A stretch of DNA of 64,000 bases from Ramazzottius varieornatus (Eukaryota; Animalia; Tardigrada). The translations under genes and the position numbers were made by a program. The notes below the pieces were generated by a model. The model ran no database searches, was not told the DNA's origin, and saw only the letters and a list, made by a program, of their open reading frames with translations. Shown piece after piece: positions 23,770 to 36,900 of the stretch. Numbering within the stretch: position 1 is the stretch's first letter; every line of letters starts with the position of its first letter. The DNA lies in contig BDGG01000003.1 of the NCBI GenBank assembly GCA_001949185.1, positions 438,679 through 502,678 of the forward strand. The letters are read 5' to 3'.

Positions 23770-26700
23770 TTACTCTCCATCAAATGCTCCCTTCGGCTTC
23801 ATCGGTCTTCTCGTTGGATCTCCAGCAGTACGTGAAGAGCTTCGACAGAAACCTTCATGTATCCCACAACAACGCCTTGCTGCACCGGGCTCACCACTGA
23901 AAACACAGGAAAGTTCTTTTGCAACTCCCTCCATCGAACTACTGTAGAACAGAAAAGGATGATTCTTACTTTTGAGTTCAACGGCTAAAGCATCAAGATT
24001 CGTCGTTAGTAGCCTGTTGAGACTCAACGCTGACACTCCCACCAGTTCGCTATCCATCGATTCGTCATCGGGTTGGAAGTAGGCGCTGAAGGGAATACGA
24101 CCTGGTGGAGAACTTCCCAGCATATCGGACAGCAGTCTTCGTTCGTTTGGATGAGTGGCCTCGTCCACTATGAACTCTGCAAGATAACCATAGAAAATGA
24201 GCGAACTTCGTTGGATGATAGTCCTCATCGATCGGTCGATGATTTATCGATCGAAAGTCATCGTTTCTTGAAAAATAAGTCTAGTGCTATCTAGAGTGAA
24301 AATCAGAAATGAGAGAATTAATAACTTCCAAATGTCTCCCAGTCGACTGTCAGCGCTGCGAAATGTGAAATTTTTCTGCAAATATATTTTCGCTGAGTTA
24401 CCCTTTTGGAACTCGAAGGTAAGCTCTTTTTCCGCCACTTTGGGTTTAACAATGGCCAGTGGCGATTCGTGCTCTTGGCCTAACAATTCGAACAACACGA
24501 AAATCTCTCCGGGTCTCTCATCTCCGAGTATCCTTGCTCCTTCCACAAAGTACAGCGAATGTACCACAACTCGTACTGTATCAGGCGGTACCGTACTCTT
24601 TGGTGGTACTTCTTCCAGAACTTGCTGCACTTCCGCCACTACATCCGGGTTCCGATTCACACCACCCGCGTTCTTCTTTCTCAGCGAGGCTTTCCTTGCG
24701 ATGGATTCAAAGAAACCTCTAAAAGGTCTCTTCTTCTCGGTCAGCTCTGGATGGACATCAGCTTGGATGACTTGTTTATGGTCTCGTTCGTCACCGTTCA
24801 CAGTCGTGCTCCGAATGAATGTCTCAGTCCTCCGTGCTGACAGCACTTCGTTTTCAGAGTTTCTTCTGCTCAGTTTTTCTCCGTCCTTTCCGGTGAGGGA
24901 AGTTTGCCTGACTAAAGCAGGTTCACTTCTGCGTGAGCTTTGCAAGACAGCAGTGCGAGACGAACGTTTAACGGAAGTGTCTGAATTCACACGTCGTTCA
25001 GCCGAACGCGGACGACTGAAGTCTCTCTGACTTTCTGAATTCTTTCTGGCACTTAGTTCACTGGTCTTCCTTCTCGGAGGACGTTGAGGCTTCTGTGCAC
25101 CATTCTCAGAAGAACCATTGTTGCTTTGTGAATTTTGTGAATCTGTTCGGTTCTCTTTTCTATCACCATTGACAGTTCCGGCTTCTCTACCCGCACTTCT
25201 GTCTAGGCGTTTACCGACGCGGTTTTCTTCGAGAGACTGTTGTTGATAGTTTCGTCTATCGATTTTGACCAGCTTCGATGTGTGCGTGACGCTGACGAGA
25301 CTTCCTCGTGGGGTCAAGGCAGCTCGCAGTGATCGTGAACTGTTCGTTCGTGGTTGATTGACTTTTGCGACTTGATTGACTTGCCAAGAGCCACTCCGCT
25401 CGGCCAACGGTCGCTGGAGTTGCTCCAACCGCTCAGGTTGTTCCCAGAAAACTGAGTACACTAGAGCACCATTCTGCTGCTTCGTTTGTGTCATTAGAGG
25501 GATCGAACGCTCCACAATGGGACTTTCAAATATCTCAGCCAGGGAGAGCTGACAGTAACCCAGCAAGTGATCTTGGGTTGGATCCCTCGAGTCTGTCACG
25601 TAGACATCTAACTTCTGCAAGCATTTAAGAACCTTAGTCAACTTCAAAATCAGTCAACTTCAGAAAGGGAATGGAGAAAGTTAGCCTTACTTCGTTTCGG
25701 AGATAGTTTTCGAGGCGCTCGTCCAGGATGACTCTCAAGGCAGTATCGTGGTTGAACTGTGGGTTTTCCGTGGCGACGATGGGTGGTGTATAGACGGTCT
25801 TGGAGTTGAAAAACTGGTACAAAACGCACGGACTAGGTGGTTCATTACTGTGCAGAGATCTAATGCCTCGACAGCCGTGAATAACGATGTGAAGAATGTT
25901 AGCCGCACTTCCGGCTTCCTGGAGCCAGCTTGCTTCGGCTGAAGGAAGAGCTGTCTTCCTGGCGAGGTTGTCCTCTACGTAACTCAATGCCTTCTTCCGA
26001 GCCTACAAAGAAACCCACCGGTGTTATGTTATGTGATATCATGTCATGTCATGTCAGACCATGCTGTTGTCTGTACTGTATCATGTTATTTCGACTAACA
26101 TAACACATTACGGACTGTTATGACATCAAGAGTATGTCAGGTAATGTATCGATAGCATTTGACGTCACGTACCAGATACATTGCTTGGGTTTCCTGGATA
26201 TCGAACTTCATCCTCATCCAGTACGCCATGATACCGAACTCTTCCCCTATGCTAAACTGACTAATCAGCGGTCTTTCTCCGCGAACCCGGCTAAGGCGTT
26301 GATAAGAGTCTTCGAGGAGCTTCCGACAGCTGAAAGACGCGTAAGCAAAGGCACATGAAAATTCACCACGACAACCCACAATCTCCACTTGAATCCTCGC
26401 CTGCATGAAAAAAGGTGAAAAATTCAACCATACTATAAATTTGGGGGTCAAAAGTAAGTAGGCGTACTTCGGCAAGATCTCGCATGATCTGTTCATCCAT
26501 TGTCACGCAGTGAATGGCTGTGAAGTCGAAGTCCGGCTGCAGTTTGTCGGTATCTTGGGCGAACATGTTCTCCCCGAAGACGCTCCACTTCAGCCGCCAT
26601 TTCGTGATCCGCAGGGCTTCTGCTTGCGCGAAGAAATCGCGGTTGAAGGAGAAAGGACCGAAGTGGAGTTGCAGAAGGTTGTCGCCGTGTTGCAGTACGA

Positions 26701-29700
26701 CGTTATCGGCACTCAGACGACTTTGATCGGCGATCTCTTCCTCGAGGTTGTAGACGACTGTCCCTTCTGCGAGATCTCTCAGCTGAGCTTCTAAATCGTC
26801 GATAAGACGTTGCTTGTCTCTCAGTTCCTTCGTCCGTCCCTGCAAACAACCTCGGTAACTCCATCTCAGCGTTTCCTGACTATCGTAACATCAAACTGAC
26901 AACAACCCAACAACTATCATCCACCTGCATACTAGTGCAATGGTCTATCTGTCGTTACGCTATACGCGGGTGCATGAAATCTTTGGAATATTATTTTGTA
27001 GTAATTTTTCAGCCACCTAGATACAAGAGCTCACTATAGGCTGCGCAATATCATGTATGTAGGAGCATGAGCGGATCGTCTCGACGTGAACTTGACTGCA
27101 ATGGCTCACCTCGAAATTATTCTGCAGCTTTTTCAGCTCGCTATCCGTTGACCTTGCTCGGTCAGTTCCATCCGCTCTGATGCTTTCCAGGTCAGCTTGA
27201 AGACTCTGCTTACTGTTCTCCAGCTTGGCTATCCGTTCTTCCGCAACCTGCAAAGCTTCTTTGGTTCTCCCAAGGTCTTCTCTAGCTCGTCCAAAGTCTT
27301 CGCGTGCGCGGTCGAGGTCTGACGACAGTTGGTTGCGATCCTGCAGGGCTTGAGAAAGTTCCTCGAGGGTGTGCGGGTCTGGCCGGTACACGACAACTTC
27401 GGCTGGAGGTGGAGCTGATGGAGGCGGAAGTGGTTCGGTGGAGACACCCATGCTGCGACGATTACTGAAGGCGGCGTGAAGGAGGAAAGCTTGGCTGATA
27501 TCATCCTCCCGCATTCCCTGGAATGACACAGATGATGATAATCACACAGCAGAAGCCCGCAAATCGAGGCCAGCATAGAATGAAAGCTCGATCAACAAAC
27601 AGAATCCATACTGCATGTACCTGCATACTCAACAAGAGCACCATCTGCCGTTGCGAATGTATGTAGGTACTTTGAGCGAGCATTTCACAAACCTGCATAC
27701 TCAGATCCTTAACCAGTATGGAAACCACCATATGCAGGTCCATGAAAGGCTGTTTTTCTTATTCTGGCGAGCTCGAAACGCGTTCTTTGATTCCTCAAAA
27801 AGTAAGTTTAGGTTTAGGTTCTTTGTTACTTACGGGCGGAGCTCGGAACCATCCGTCCGACTTTTTCGGTTCCGCCGAGCTCGCAGCTTCGAACTTCGCC
27901 CTGAACTCTTCGCATTCTTGTCGAAGGTGCAAGTTTAGAGCGCGAAGCTCCGACAAGTCAGCTAGAGACTTCTCGATCTCCATCTCACGACCGGTTATTC
28001 GCTTCCGCAGGTCTTGACATTCTTTAGTTTCTCGTTGTAGTTCTTCTTCGACCTTCGTCAGCTGTGAGCGCAGAACTCCCTCAGTCACCCGGGCGTTGAG
28101 GTCGACCACAACGGGCTCCTGACGAGGCTGGAGCTGCTGCTGCGTGATGACTTGGTGTTGACGTTTGAACCACTCCAGCTCACTTTCCAATCTTTTGGCC
28201 TTCTCTTGATCCTAAAATAACAGAAAGACCAAGATTCTACTGCGCTTTTGTTCTATTTTGCCGCCCAACGAAAGGATTTTATGATCAAATCGCACACTTG
28301 CGTACACAGAAACTGGGCAGTAATGTGTAACCTGATGTTGCAGGTGTATGCTACTTCTGGAAGAAATTTTTTTTCGGGACTTCAAATGAGATCAAATCGA
28401 GGCAAAACTTTTGGAGAGCCTTAAACCACTGTCGAAAAAAATATTCTAACTTACGTGGATCTGCTGAAGAGCTTTCTCTCGTGCTTGCCGAAGCTGATCT
28501 TCCAAGGCGTCCATCGCTTGCTGATGCCGTTCGATTTCCTGCTTCAGCCTATCATTCTCCCGTGTTATTACGATCCTGTTAATTTGTAGCTCCTCATATT
28601 TCTGTAAGCCAAAAAGTAGCAGAACCTGATCTTCAACAGAAAGTCATGACCATGTAGACAAGAGCGGGCGAGGCGGCACTTTTCAAGAATGATGTTCGTC
28701 ATTATCTTACAGGTCGAATATCGATGTAATCATTTTTCATATTAACCAGGTCCTGTGTGGTTTTGGACAGCTGCCTCGTCAGCCGTGTAATCTCCATATT
28801 TTCCAGCATGTTGTTCCTGGCGTGGTCGATCGCAGCCTTCTCCGCGGTTCGCGCGATCTCGGCTTGGAGCTCCTTGACGATGCGGTGGTGGGCTTCTTGC
28901 TCTTCCCGACGAGCTTCTTCGAGGGCCTGAATCTGCTGTCGGAACTGAACCAGGTCTGACTGGCCTCTGTTCAACTCAGAAACCGATGGTTGCTTCGAGC
29001 CTTTCCGTGGCAATGAAGACGTGCCATACACCTTTGATACCCTCAACTGCGAAAGAAAAAACATTCATTATTCATGACAGAAAAAAGGTTTGACGATTTT
29101 GAACCCAGGAATGGAAGCTCGACAAGATCGTACCGAGTGTCGCACGCTTTAGATCAGTAATACCGCAAGCGTGCGCTACTGAAGAAACGCTCCTTTCGAG
29201 TTTGTTTGCCAAGCTCTAAATGATTCAAATAATACTGCCCGAGTACAAAAATCATCGTCCCAAAACGAATTCTTCACCTGGTTTTCAAGGCTTCTGATTT
29301 TCTGTTCCATTTCGGCTCGTGGCGCGGTATTATAGCCGTTTCGCCCATCAGTTCGAAGGAGGGACGTTTCGCTCCGTTGAAGCCGTAAAATCTTTGTCGA
29401 CAGTCTGGAAAAAAGGCCCCGAAGTATTACCATTATTCTGCACTATTTGAATAACCTAAAGAGAGACTAGGAAAGCAAAAGCAAACTTTTTGAGGTAGAC
29501 GTCTTTGAGATTGGATTCTTTCTTGACAATCTCCAGTTCTTCCAGTGCGTGCAGATGCTGATCTTCCAGGTCTTCCCGCGACAACTTTGCCACCATCGAG
29601 CGCTGCTGCTGGATCCTCCTCCTCAACATGTCTACAAGAACCCAGACATAATTCAGATGATGACAATGGACAATCAAGGTTCAACAACGACTGCGAAAGA

Positions 29701-30089
29701 ATCTATTGGTATAATGCTGTCCGCAGTGACGTCACCGTATGACCGGCAGATCAATCAAACTAGCAACGGTTGATTGAGTCTTTCCAACACGTTCGGTTTC
29801 CTGGTTGGAAATTCGAACCAGGAAAAGGCAACTCAGCGAAACTTTCTGCCTCACATCTGCCGCTACACTTCCGGCCAGGAGCGGGTATGATAGTCGACGA
29901 TTTGCAGTAAGCGTATGAGAAATAGAACTGCGAGGACATGAGACCGAACTTACTGAGGTGAAGCTGATGATCGTGGTCGGAAATCATCCTCATGGCATTC
30001 CCTCCTCGTGCCATCTCCTCCACTTCTAGCTGGTTGATATCGTCCATGGTTGTGTTCAGTCTGAGGAAACCGTCCTCGGAATTTCCCAT
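23770..30089 (-). CDS. RPGRIP1L: RPGRIP1L/MKS5 (fantom) ciliary transition-zone protein, multi-exon
   Basis: KLSREDLEDQHLHALEE...LSTKILRL and ENMEITRLTRQL resemble the RPGRIP1L N-terminal coiled coils. Then a first C2 (LQHGDNLLQLH), a second C2 (NILHIVIHGCRGI..PSPCVLYQFF..NPQFN) and a C-terminal C2-like region (DTVRVVVHSL). Start and terminal exon approximate. Confidence 0.85.
26021..26135. repeat. Degenerate pentanucleotide (ATGTC/ATGTT)n microsatellite in an RPGRIP1L intron
   Basis: gtgttatgttatgtgatatcatgtcatgtcatgtcagac... Confidence 0.6.
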
Positions 30090-31002
30090 TCAACACTAAC
30101 CAGCCATCTTTCCGTCACAGTTCGGAACCACAAGACCAAAAGACCGATTCGAAATTAGGTCCGTTTTCACATCATGACTTGAGAAAGCACAATCCAAAAA
30201 CACGAAATGGGATTTTTCAAGGCCAAAAAACAAGAAAATAATCACAGTTCGGGGTGGAAATATATAGGTGAAGATGGAAGTCTAGTCGCTCGATCAGCAC
30301 TCAGCAGGATCGAGCGATGCGGTTGGGACAGGTCAACTACAGGTGGCTGACGACTGAAAGATCAAAGAACGCGTTGCTCAGTGGGTGAGGGATCGAAGAG
30401 AGCCACACACATACGGCACACCTTATCTGCATCCTCGCTGCATATTTCACAGGTGTGAGGAACGAGCACAAGGGGAAATCGATATGAATTAGGGAATAAA
30501 TAGGTTACGGCGTAAGTAATGTGGAGCGAGACGAGAGAGTAAACACTGAACAATCCTTTCAAGGAAGCTAAAGCCCCATTGTCTAAGGGGACGGAAAAAA
30601 CATATGTGCCTTCAAAGTTCAAAACGCTCAAAATTTTCTAGCGTTTTGAACGTCTGTTGCAATTCTAACCGAAAACTTCGAGAGTATCGAGACGGAAATC
30701 GCGCTGACATCATTTTCGATACCCGAATCATGGACTTCTGGTCGGAACCTACTACAGGTGGCGCTATCCCGCGCAGATAGCGCTTTCACATGGGTACTGG
30801 GAAGTTCTGTTCATTTGTTATCATAATTTTATTATTATTCAAATTTCATTCCAGCAATTAGAAGAAATTTTTCTGTTTCCGATCCTACTATGATCTTGTC
30901 TGACGTGCCGACGTGGATACAAACTTCGAAACAAAACTGCCGGCCATTGGCCAAAAGGTATGAAGAAAAGAACTTTTGTGGTCATTGAACGAGAATGAAT
31001 AA

Positions 31003-33406
31003 CTAAAACTTAGCAGCGCGAAGGATGTCGGGCTTCCATACGATGGGGTGCGTGTCTTCAGTCTGTACAGTCAAGAAGACGAAGCGTTATTTTTATTGTT
31101 CGAATGGTTTGACTCCAGTTCTCAGGAAGGAGTTTTGAACTTACCGCGTCCTCATCTTCCTTGTAGAATTTTATGGTCTTGTCAGCCTCTCCAGTTAGCA
31201 AGCGACTTCCACTATGGTCAAAGGTTGCCACGTAGATGCCTGCTTCGCTCTCGATCGAACCAGGTTGCGGCTTCGTCTGGTGCTTCTGGAAGGCGTAACC
31301 TGTTCTCCAGTCCCAAAACTGCATCGAACCATTATCGGCTGTAAAAAGAAAATTAGATTAACAAAACTTCAAAAACAAATGTCGTCAAAAACCATCATCA
31401 AATAAAACTCTGCCTAAGCTACAAAGAAATCTCCTTCTTGTCGTATCTCTAGAAAAAGCAGACAAAATGTTTAAACTGTACCCCCAGAGACCAACACGCC
31501 GTCAGAATTACACGCCAGCGTATTCACAATGGCATTATGGCCACTACAGTTGATCACGAACTTCCCATTCGGACACATCCATTCTTTGATGTTATCTGCT
31601 GAAGCCGAGGCAAACATGTACCTATAGAGAGAAGTTTTTGTATTTTTTCCACATCCCCTCACTACGCAAACACGTAAAGAAAACTTACAGGTTAGGGTGG
31701 AGAGTGAGGGCTCGGACGCTCTTTTTGTGATGCGTCAACGTCACGGCTGTTCGGCCCATTCGCAGATCCCACAGTCGGACTGTGGAATCGTGTGAGGAAG
31801 TTATGACTTGAGGTTCGCCAGCTTGACACTTGACGTCAGAAACGGTGTTGGTATGGCCTGCTAGGACGTGGATGCCTGCTTTGGTCCTCATGTCCCATAC
31901 CTGCGTACAATAAATTAAGCTACAAGGAAATATGGAACGATAGAAAATGCTCAATGGCTTACACGAGCAACGGAGTCTCTTCCGCAGGTAACGAGGATAT
32001 CCAGCGTTGGGTGGAGGGAAACTGCGTACACTGCGCTGAGATGGCCGTGGTAATGTCGAGTAACCTGTGGAAGAAAATTCGCACTATGGCATTTCAGTTG
32101 ATACGGTAAAGTCAGTAAGAAAGATCCGGAACTTCGGCGTTACCTTGTTCTGTTCCAAGTCCCAACATTTGACCGTCTTGTCTTCAGCGACGGAAAACAG
32201 GTAGGGATGTCTGGCACTCACTTCGAGACCCCGAACGGCGGAGATGTGGCCAGTCAGGGACAGCTTCAGTTGCGCTGTGGCGAGATCCCAAATCTGTAAA
32301 TATACCAGTGTCAATAGAACCCACGCATGACGTCACACCCCAAAGCGGGGTCCTGCCAGGAGAAATACGAACGTTAACGCATGACAAAGTGGCGTCACGT
32401 TCCAAAGAGGCAGACCAACCAATCAACTTAGCCCACCTTGATTAGTCGATCAGCACCACCTGTGGCAAACCACTGGTTTTCTGGTTCCACAGTGATGCAT
32501 CTTACCCAGCCGTAATGGCCAGAAATAACCTAAAAGAAACAACAATACATTCCCACGCCTCTCACGAGCAGAAAGCATGAAAGGATTACCCGACTGAGCT
32601 TCCATGGGGGATGCCATTTGGGCTTCGGCATCACTGGCGCACTGCGGTTTATCGCTAGCTGCTGACCATCAGTGGTCACCAAAGCCTATAAAGGGAAGTC
32701 CGGACCTGAAGTAGCACACTACTTCTGGATAAAAACGAATGCTGATTCTTACCTGATGGTTTCCGGCGACTGACGTGCCTGGAGGAGCGTAGGCCATGAG
32801 GCTCATGGAATTATCGCCAGCACTGAAATAACGGAAACGGACTGAGTATGCAACAAAAATGTTTTCGTGACGAACAAGCCTCTTGTGGAGGATTCAAGTA
32901 TTACCCGGAGGGTCCTGTAGTCGTGCTCGGCCTCAAACAGGAAGAAGGTGCAGGAAATTCCAGCTCTGAAACAAAATATTGGGATATTATTCCGAACAAA
33001 ACAACTGGAAACAAATAATTCTACCTTCGTTAATATCCTCAAATTCCAAACCAGTTCGAGCTTTCCTCCTCTTTTCCGCATCGACAATCTCTTTTACTGG
33101 TCCGAGCTGGTCCTTTGCCTTGATGTTCATCCATAGCTGGTCACTAGAAAACAGACAATATCCAGAATGAACAGACTCACGGGAAGTCTGCTTCGAGCTA
33201 GCCGCTTACCAGGTCTGAACCGATGTCGGTGGGAGGAAAAGTTCTGTCAAGAAGCACTGAGCAGTCCGTTTCCGGCTCTGGAATAACAGTTCACGGAGAT
33301 AGGCAGGATCGACAGTCTTCGGAGCTTCTTGAGTGTCGTGAGCCTGTTCAGGCACAGCTGGAGGAGGCATCTCAGCCGCAGTATTCTCGTCCTCGGCGAC
33401 AGCCAT
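31003..33406 (-). CDS. PLRG1: Pleiotropic regulator 1 (Prp46), WD40 subunit of the NineTeen complex
   Basis: [85 protein letters not shown]; last exon [19 protein letters not shown]. Confidence 0.96.
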
Positions 33407-33946
33407 CCTGGTGGCAGGTGCGTCCGTCCGAGGTTGACAGCGTTCCTTCCTTTCACCAGCTAAACAGAGATGATTTGAGGATTCTGGGGATCGATGACGA
33501 AGGGAAAAAAACCGAGAAATCGGAGAAGAGAATGGCCGTAAACGTGAAGTTACTTAAGTACTGTATTCACATTCCACAAATCCACAATACGAACGTAACT
33601 TGAGTCTTGTGGCCGCAGCGGTACGGTAACTATGACATCAATCAAGATCAAAGTCCGACGATGACGACAGCGCATGGCAATCAGTGCGAGTCGCCTCGTT
33701 GCCGCCACAAGACTACATCTGGCGCAGACAGTGCCATCCAAAGCTGGTGAGTCATCTTGATTTGATTGACGGTCCAAGTCACGGGCCGTAGTTAGCGCTT
33801 GTAGCTGCATACAGAACGAAAAAAAAGTTTTCTTGTCGAATTTTGCGCGAAAAAAACCCCATTTTTGATGCATCCGTCTTCATTCACGCTCTTAGTCCTC
33901 TACTTGTACTATTGCTGAGCTAACTATTGTATGCCGAACAGCTAGG

Positions 33947-36900
33947 ATGGCAGAAGATGTAGTAAATGGACCATCGCCACCTGAAGAATCGCGAGGACCG
34001 CACGTGACAGGTATACGTCGTGATGCAAGAGATCATTTAGGCATGCTCTTACCACATCTGTCCATTGCAGGCGTCTTTCCTCCGCATTACGACTCATATA
34101 CATCTATGGCGGCACTTCAGACGATCCTACCGTTTCCTCCTGAGCCCTTTATAGGAAACAAGATAACGGCGACGCCTGCTGCTCCAGGGAAAGAACCGAA
34201 CATCACGTAAGAAATATCACACAGTCAAACGCTTGATTATTGATTGGAGTAGATCTGACGCCGGAAAGCGGCGGAAACCAATCTTGTTCTCTCAACATGT
34301 GCTCTTGTTTGTTTAGACTTGTTGCTCCCAAACTTGCACAGGGAGATGTCCCGAAGCCTGCTCCGACTATTAGGCCCCGGTTTAGTATCTCCTGGGATAC
34401 ACAGGATCAAGATATTGCGACTTTGGCAGGGACGTCGATCAAGTTCGCATTGAAGGAAGGCAAATTTCAGCTGCTCACTCCCATACCCACACCACCACAA
34501 CAAATCTCTCCCCGTAAGATTTCCTCGTCCACATACTGAGTGAATGGTCGAAGGTTGTTGTTGTTTGTTTTAGCAAGCTCGAGATTGCTGAGTTCCGTAC
34601 CGACGGAGACGGAGAAAGAAAAGCCTTTGAAGCCATGGACCAACTGTGTTGCTTGTGATACTGCAGAGCCTTCTAACGCTGAACTCAAGCTGTGGAAACA
34701 CTTGAAGCCCTGCTCCAACATGGCTTGCCGAGTAAGAATCTTGCTGCCTGCTCCAAGAATGAGACGCATCTGATCCGTTTGCTTGAATCGCTTTCTTCGA
34801 CAGATTCGTGACGTGGGACCTTACTCGTTGGAACCGGAAATGATCCAGACGATCACGGTGGAACAGAAGGGAAGGAAGCCACGGGCAGCTAAGCTAACCC
34901 CAGGTTCGATACCAACATCCACGGACAATGACGAACATCCGGAAATCCTCGAAGGGAAAATCACGAGGAAAAGTGGCCGGAAGAACCGCAGGGAACAAAG
35001 TAGGTTTGAAAATCAGATTGTGTTACATCATGGGGAACCACCCAACGATGAAATATTTCTGCTCCTTCCAGGTCCATCGCAGAACTTTTCGTGGCCGAAA
35101 TATCTGACTGAGAATCGATGTGCCGTGGCTGATGATCGATGCTTTCAACAAGATACGGTAATATGTTGAGTTTTTTCGGGGACACCGCACTGCAACACGT
35201 TTTGACATAGTTCCATAGCAGCATGAGCAGAACATTTGAAGAGTGAATTTGGATGGTAATTTCAGATATTGTTGTTCGATGAGAACAAGTTCAAAGTAGG
35301 CATGCAGCTGGAAGCCATCGATCCACTTCATCCCGGTCTGTACTGCGTCGTCGTGATCAAAGAGATCGTCGCCTTCCGTCTTCGCCTTCGCTTCGTGGGC
35401 TTTTCGTCCCTGTACGACTTCTGGGTCAACGCCGACTCGCCCTTCATCTTTCCACCCGGCTGGTGCTCAGTCAACAAGAAACCGCTCAGTCCACCTCGAA
35501 GAGGTAGTCCCAGCAGCTGGGATGCAGGCAGTTGAAACGTACAAGATTGTTTCCTCAAGTGGCGCAACTTTCCAGTGTTATTAGCTTGAATCGTGCGCCA
35601 CTTCATAGTGTCCTCAAGTGGCGCATGTTCCTGTTGTAATCAGCCGGGAGCGTGCGCCACCTTGAACGTTTCGCTTGCCGGCAATCCAGTTATCATTTTT
35701 CCTGTTACCGATTTTTCAGTTCGTTCCATTCTATTTCAGGCAAGGTCAAGGTCGACGGTATCGCTCTCCTGCAGCTCCACAACGCCGCCAACGTCACCGA
35801 GAAGCACCTTTTTCGTAACTCCCAGAACCTGTACGATGAGAAAGGCGAGCTGAATCTCGCTCACGAGTTCCGCGTAGGGATGAAGTTGGAAGCGGTCGAC
35901 ATGAGCCATTCAGAGTTCATCTGTGTGGCCACGGTCCACGATGTCCTGTATTCGAGGATACTCATCCATTTTGATGGATGGTCGGACCAGTATGATTACT
36001 GGGTGGAGCCCTGGTCGGGATTGATCCAGCCGGTGGGATACTGCCAGAATCGTGGAATAGGACTGAATGTCCCCAAGGGCTATAATCCGGCCAAGTTCAA
36101 TTGGCAGAAGTACCTGAAAGAAACTGGGAGTAGTGCTGCGCCTGCGAGTGCTTTCGCCAATGTAAGTTCCGCCATTTCAAACCGTTCGAAACCACAATAA
36201 TGCATCTTACTGTGTCTGTGTGATTCTTACATGCAAGGGAAAGAAGTTCAAAGAGACGAAGCGGGGATTGAACCGCTGCCTTTGGTTCCGTATAGTACTT
36301 TATACGAGGCGTAACGCGGTGTAAACAGCGGGTCTCTGACATTATGTCTACCTTGTCTAAACTTCCGGTTTAGCGGGGAGCTGGACTGTAATTAGACTGT
36401 AATTATTTCAAGTGGCGCAGGTTTCTATCGTTATGTGCTGGAAAGGTGCGCCACTCGGTATGAAAATGTTAAACGTGGGCATTTTGTGGTTCTTCCGCGT
36501 GACAATGTGGAGTGTATTCTACTGTGGAGTATGTTTAATAAACTGAAGGGTTTCTGTGTTTGTAGCCGCTGAGAAAGTCATCGAGTAGGATGCCGTTTAG
36601 ACTCGGTGATCGTCTGGAAGCAGTGGACCCGTACTGTCCCCGGTTGATCCGCATAGCGCATATCGTCGACATCAGAGAGCAAGTGCTTAAGTTGAGGTTC
36701 GATGGCTGGGAAAACGACGCTTCGAACGACTTTGAAGTCCACAAGGACTCTTCCGAAATATTTCCTGCCCGCTTCTGTGATATGAACAAGCATCCACTCC
36801 TTCACTGCCCAACCCGTAAGAAATCATCTAATTTCGGTTCGTTCGATTGTATATTATAGAATCGATTGCTTTCTGTCTAGGCGCGACAAAGGCTGCCATC

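Noticed and set aside
24284-25030. Long antisense ORFs (also 6787-7380, 56924-57463, 57743-58399)
   Set aside because: Shadows of real exons on the opposite strand.
30090-30700. RFX X-box upstream of ciliary RPGRIP1L
   Set aside because: No convincing match to the consensus was seen.
36255-36330. tRNA B-box-like GGTTCAATCCCCGC on the minus strand
   Set aside because: No cloverleaf or A-box could be built.
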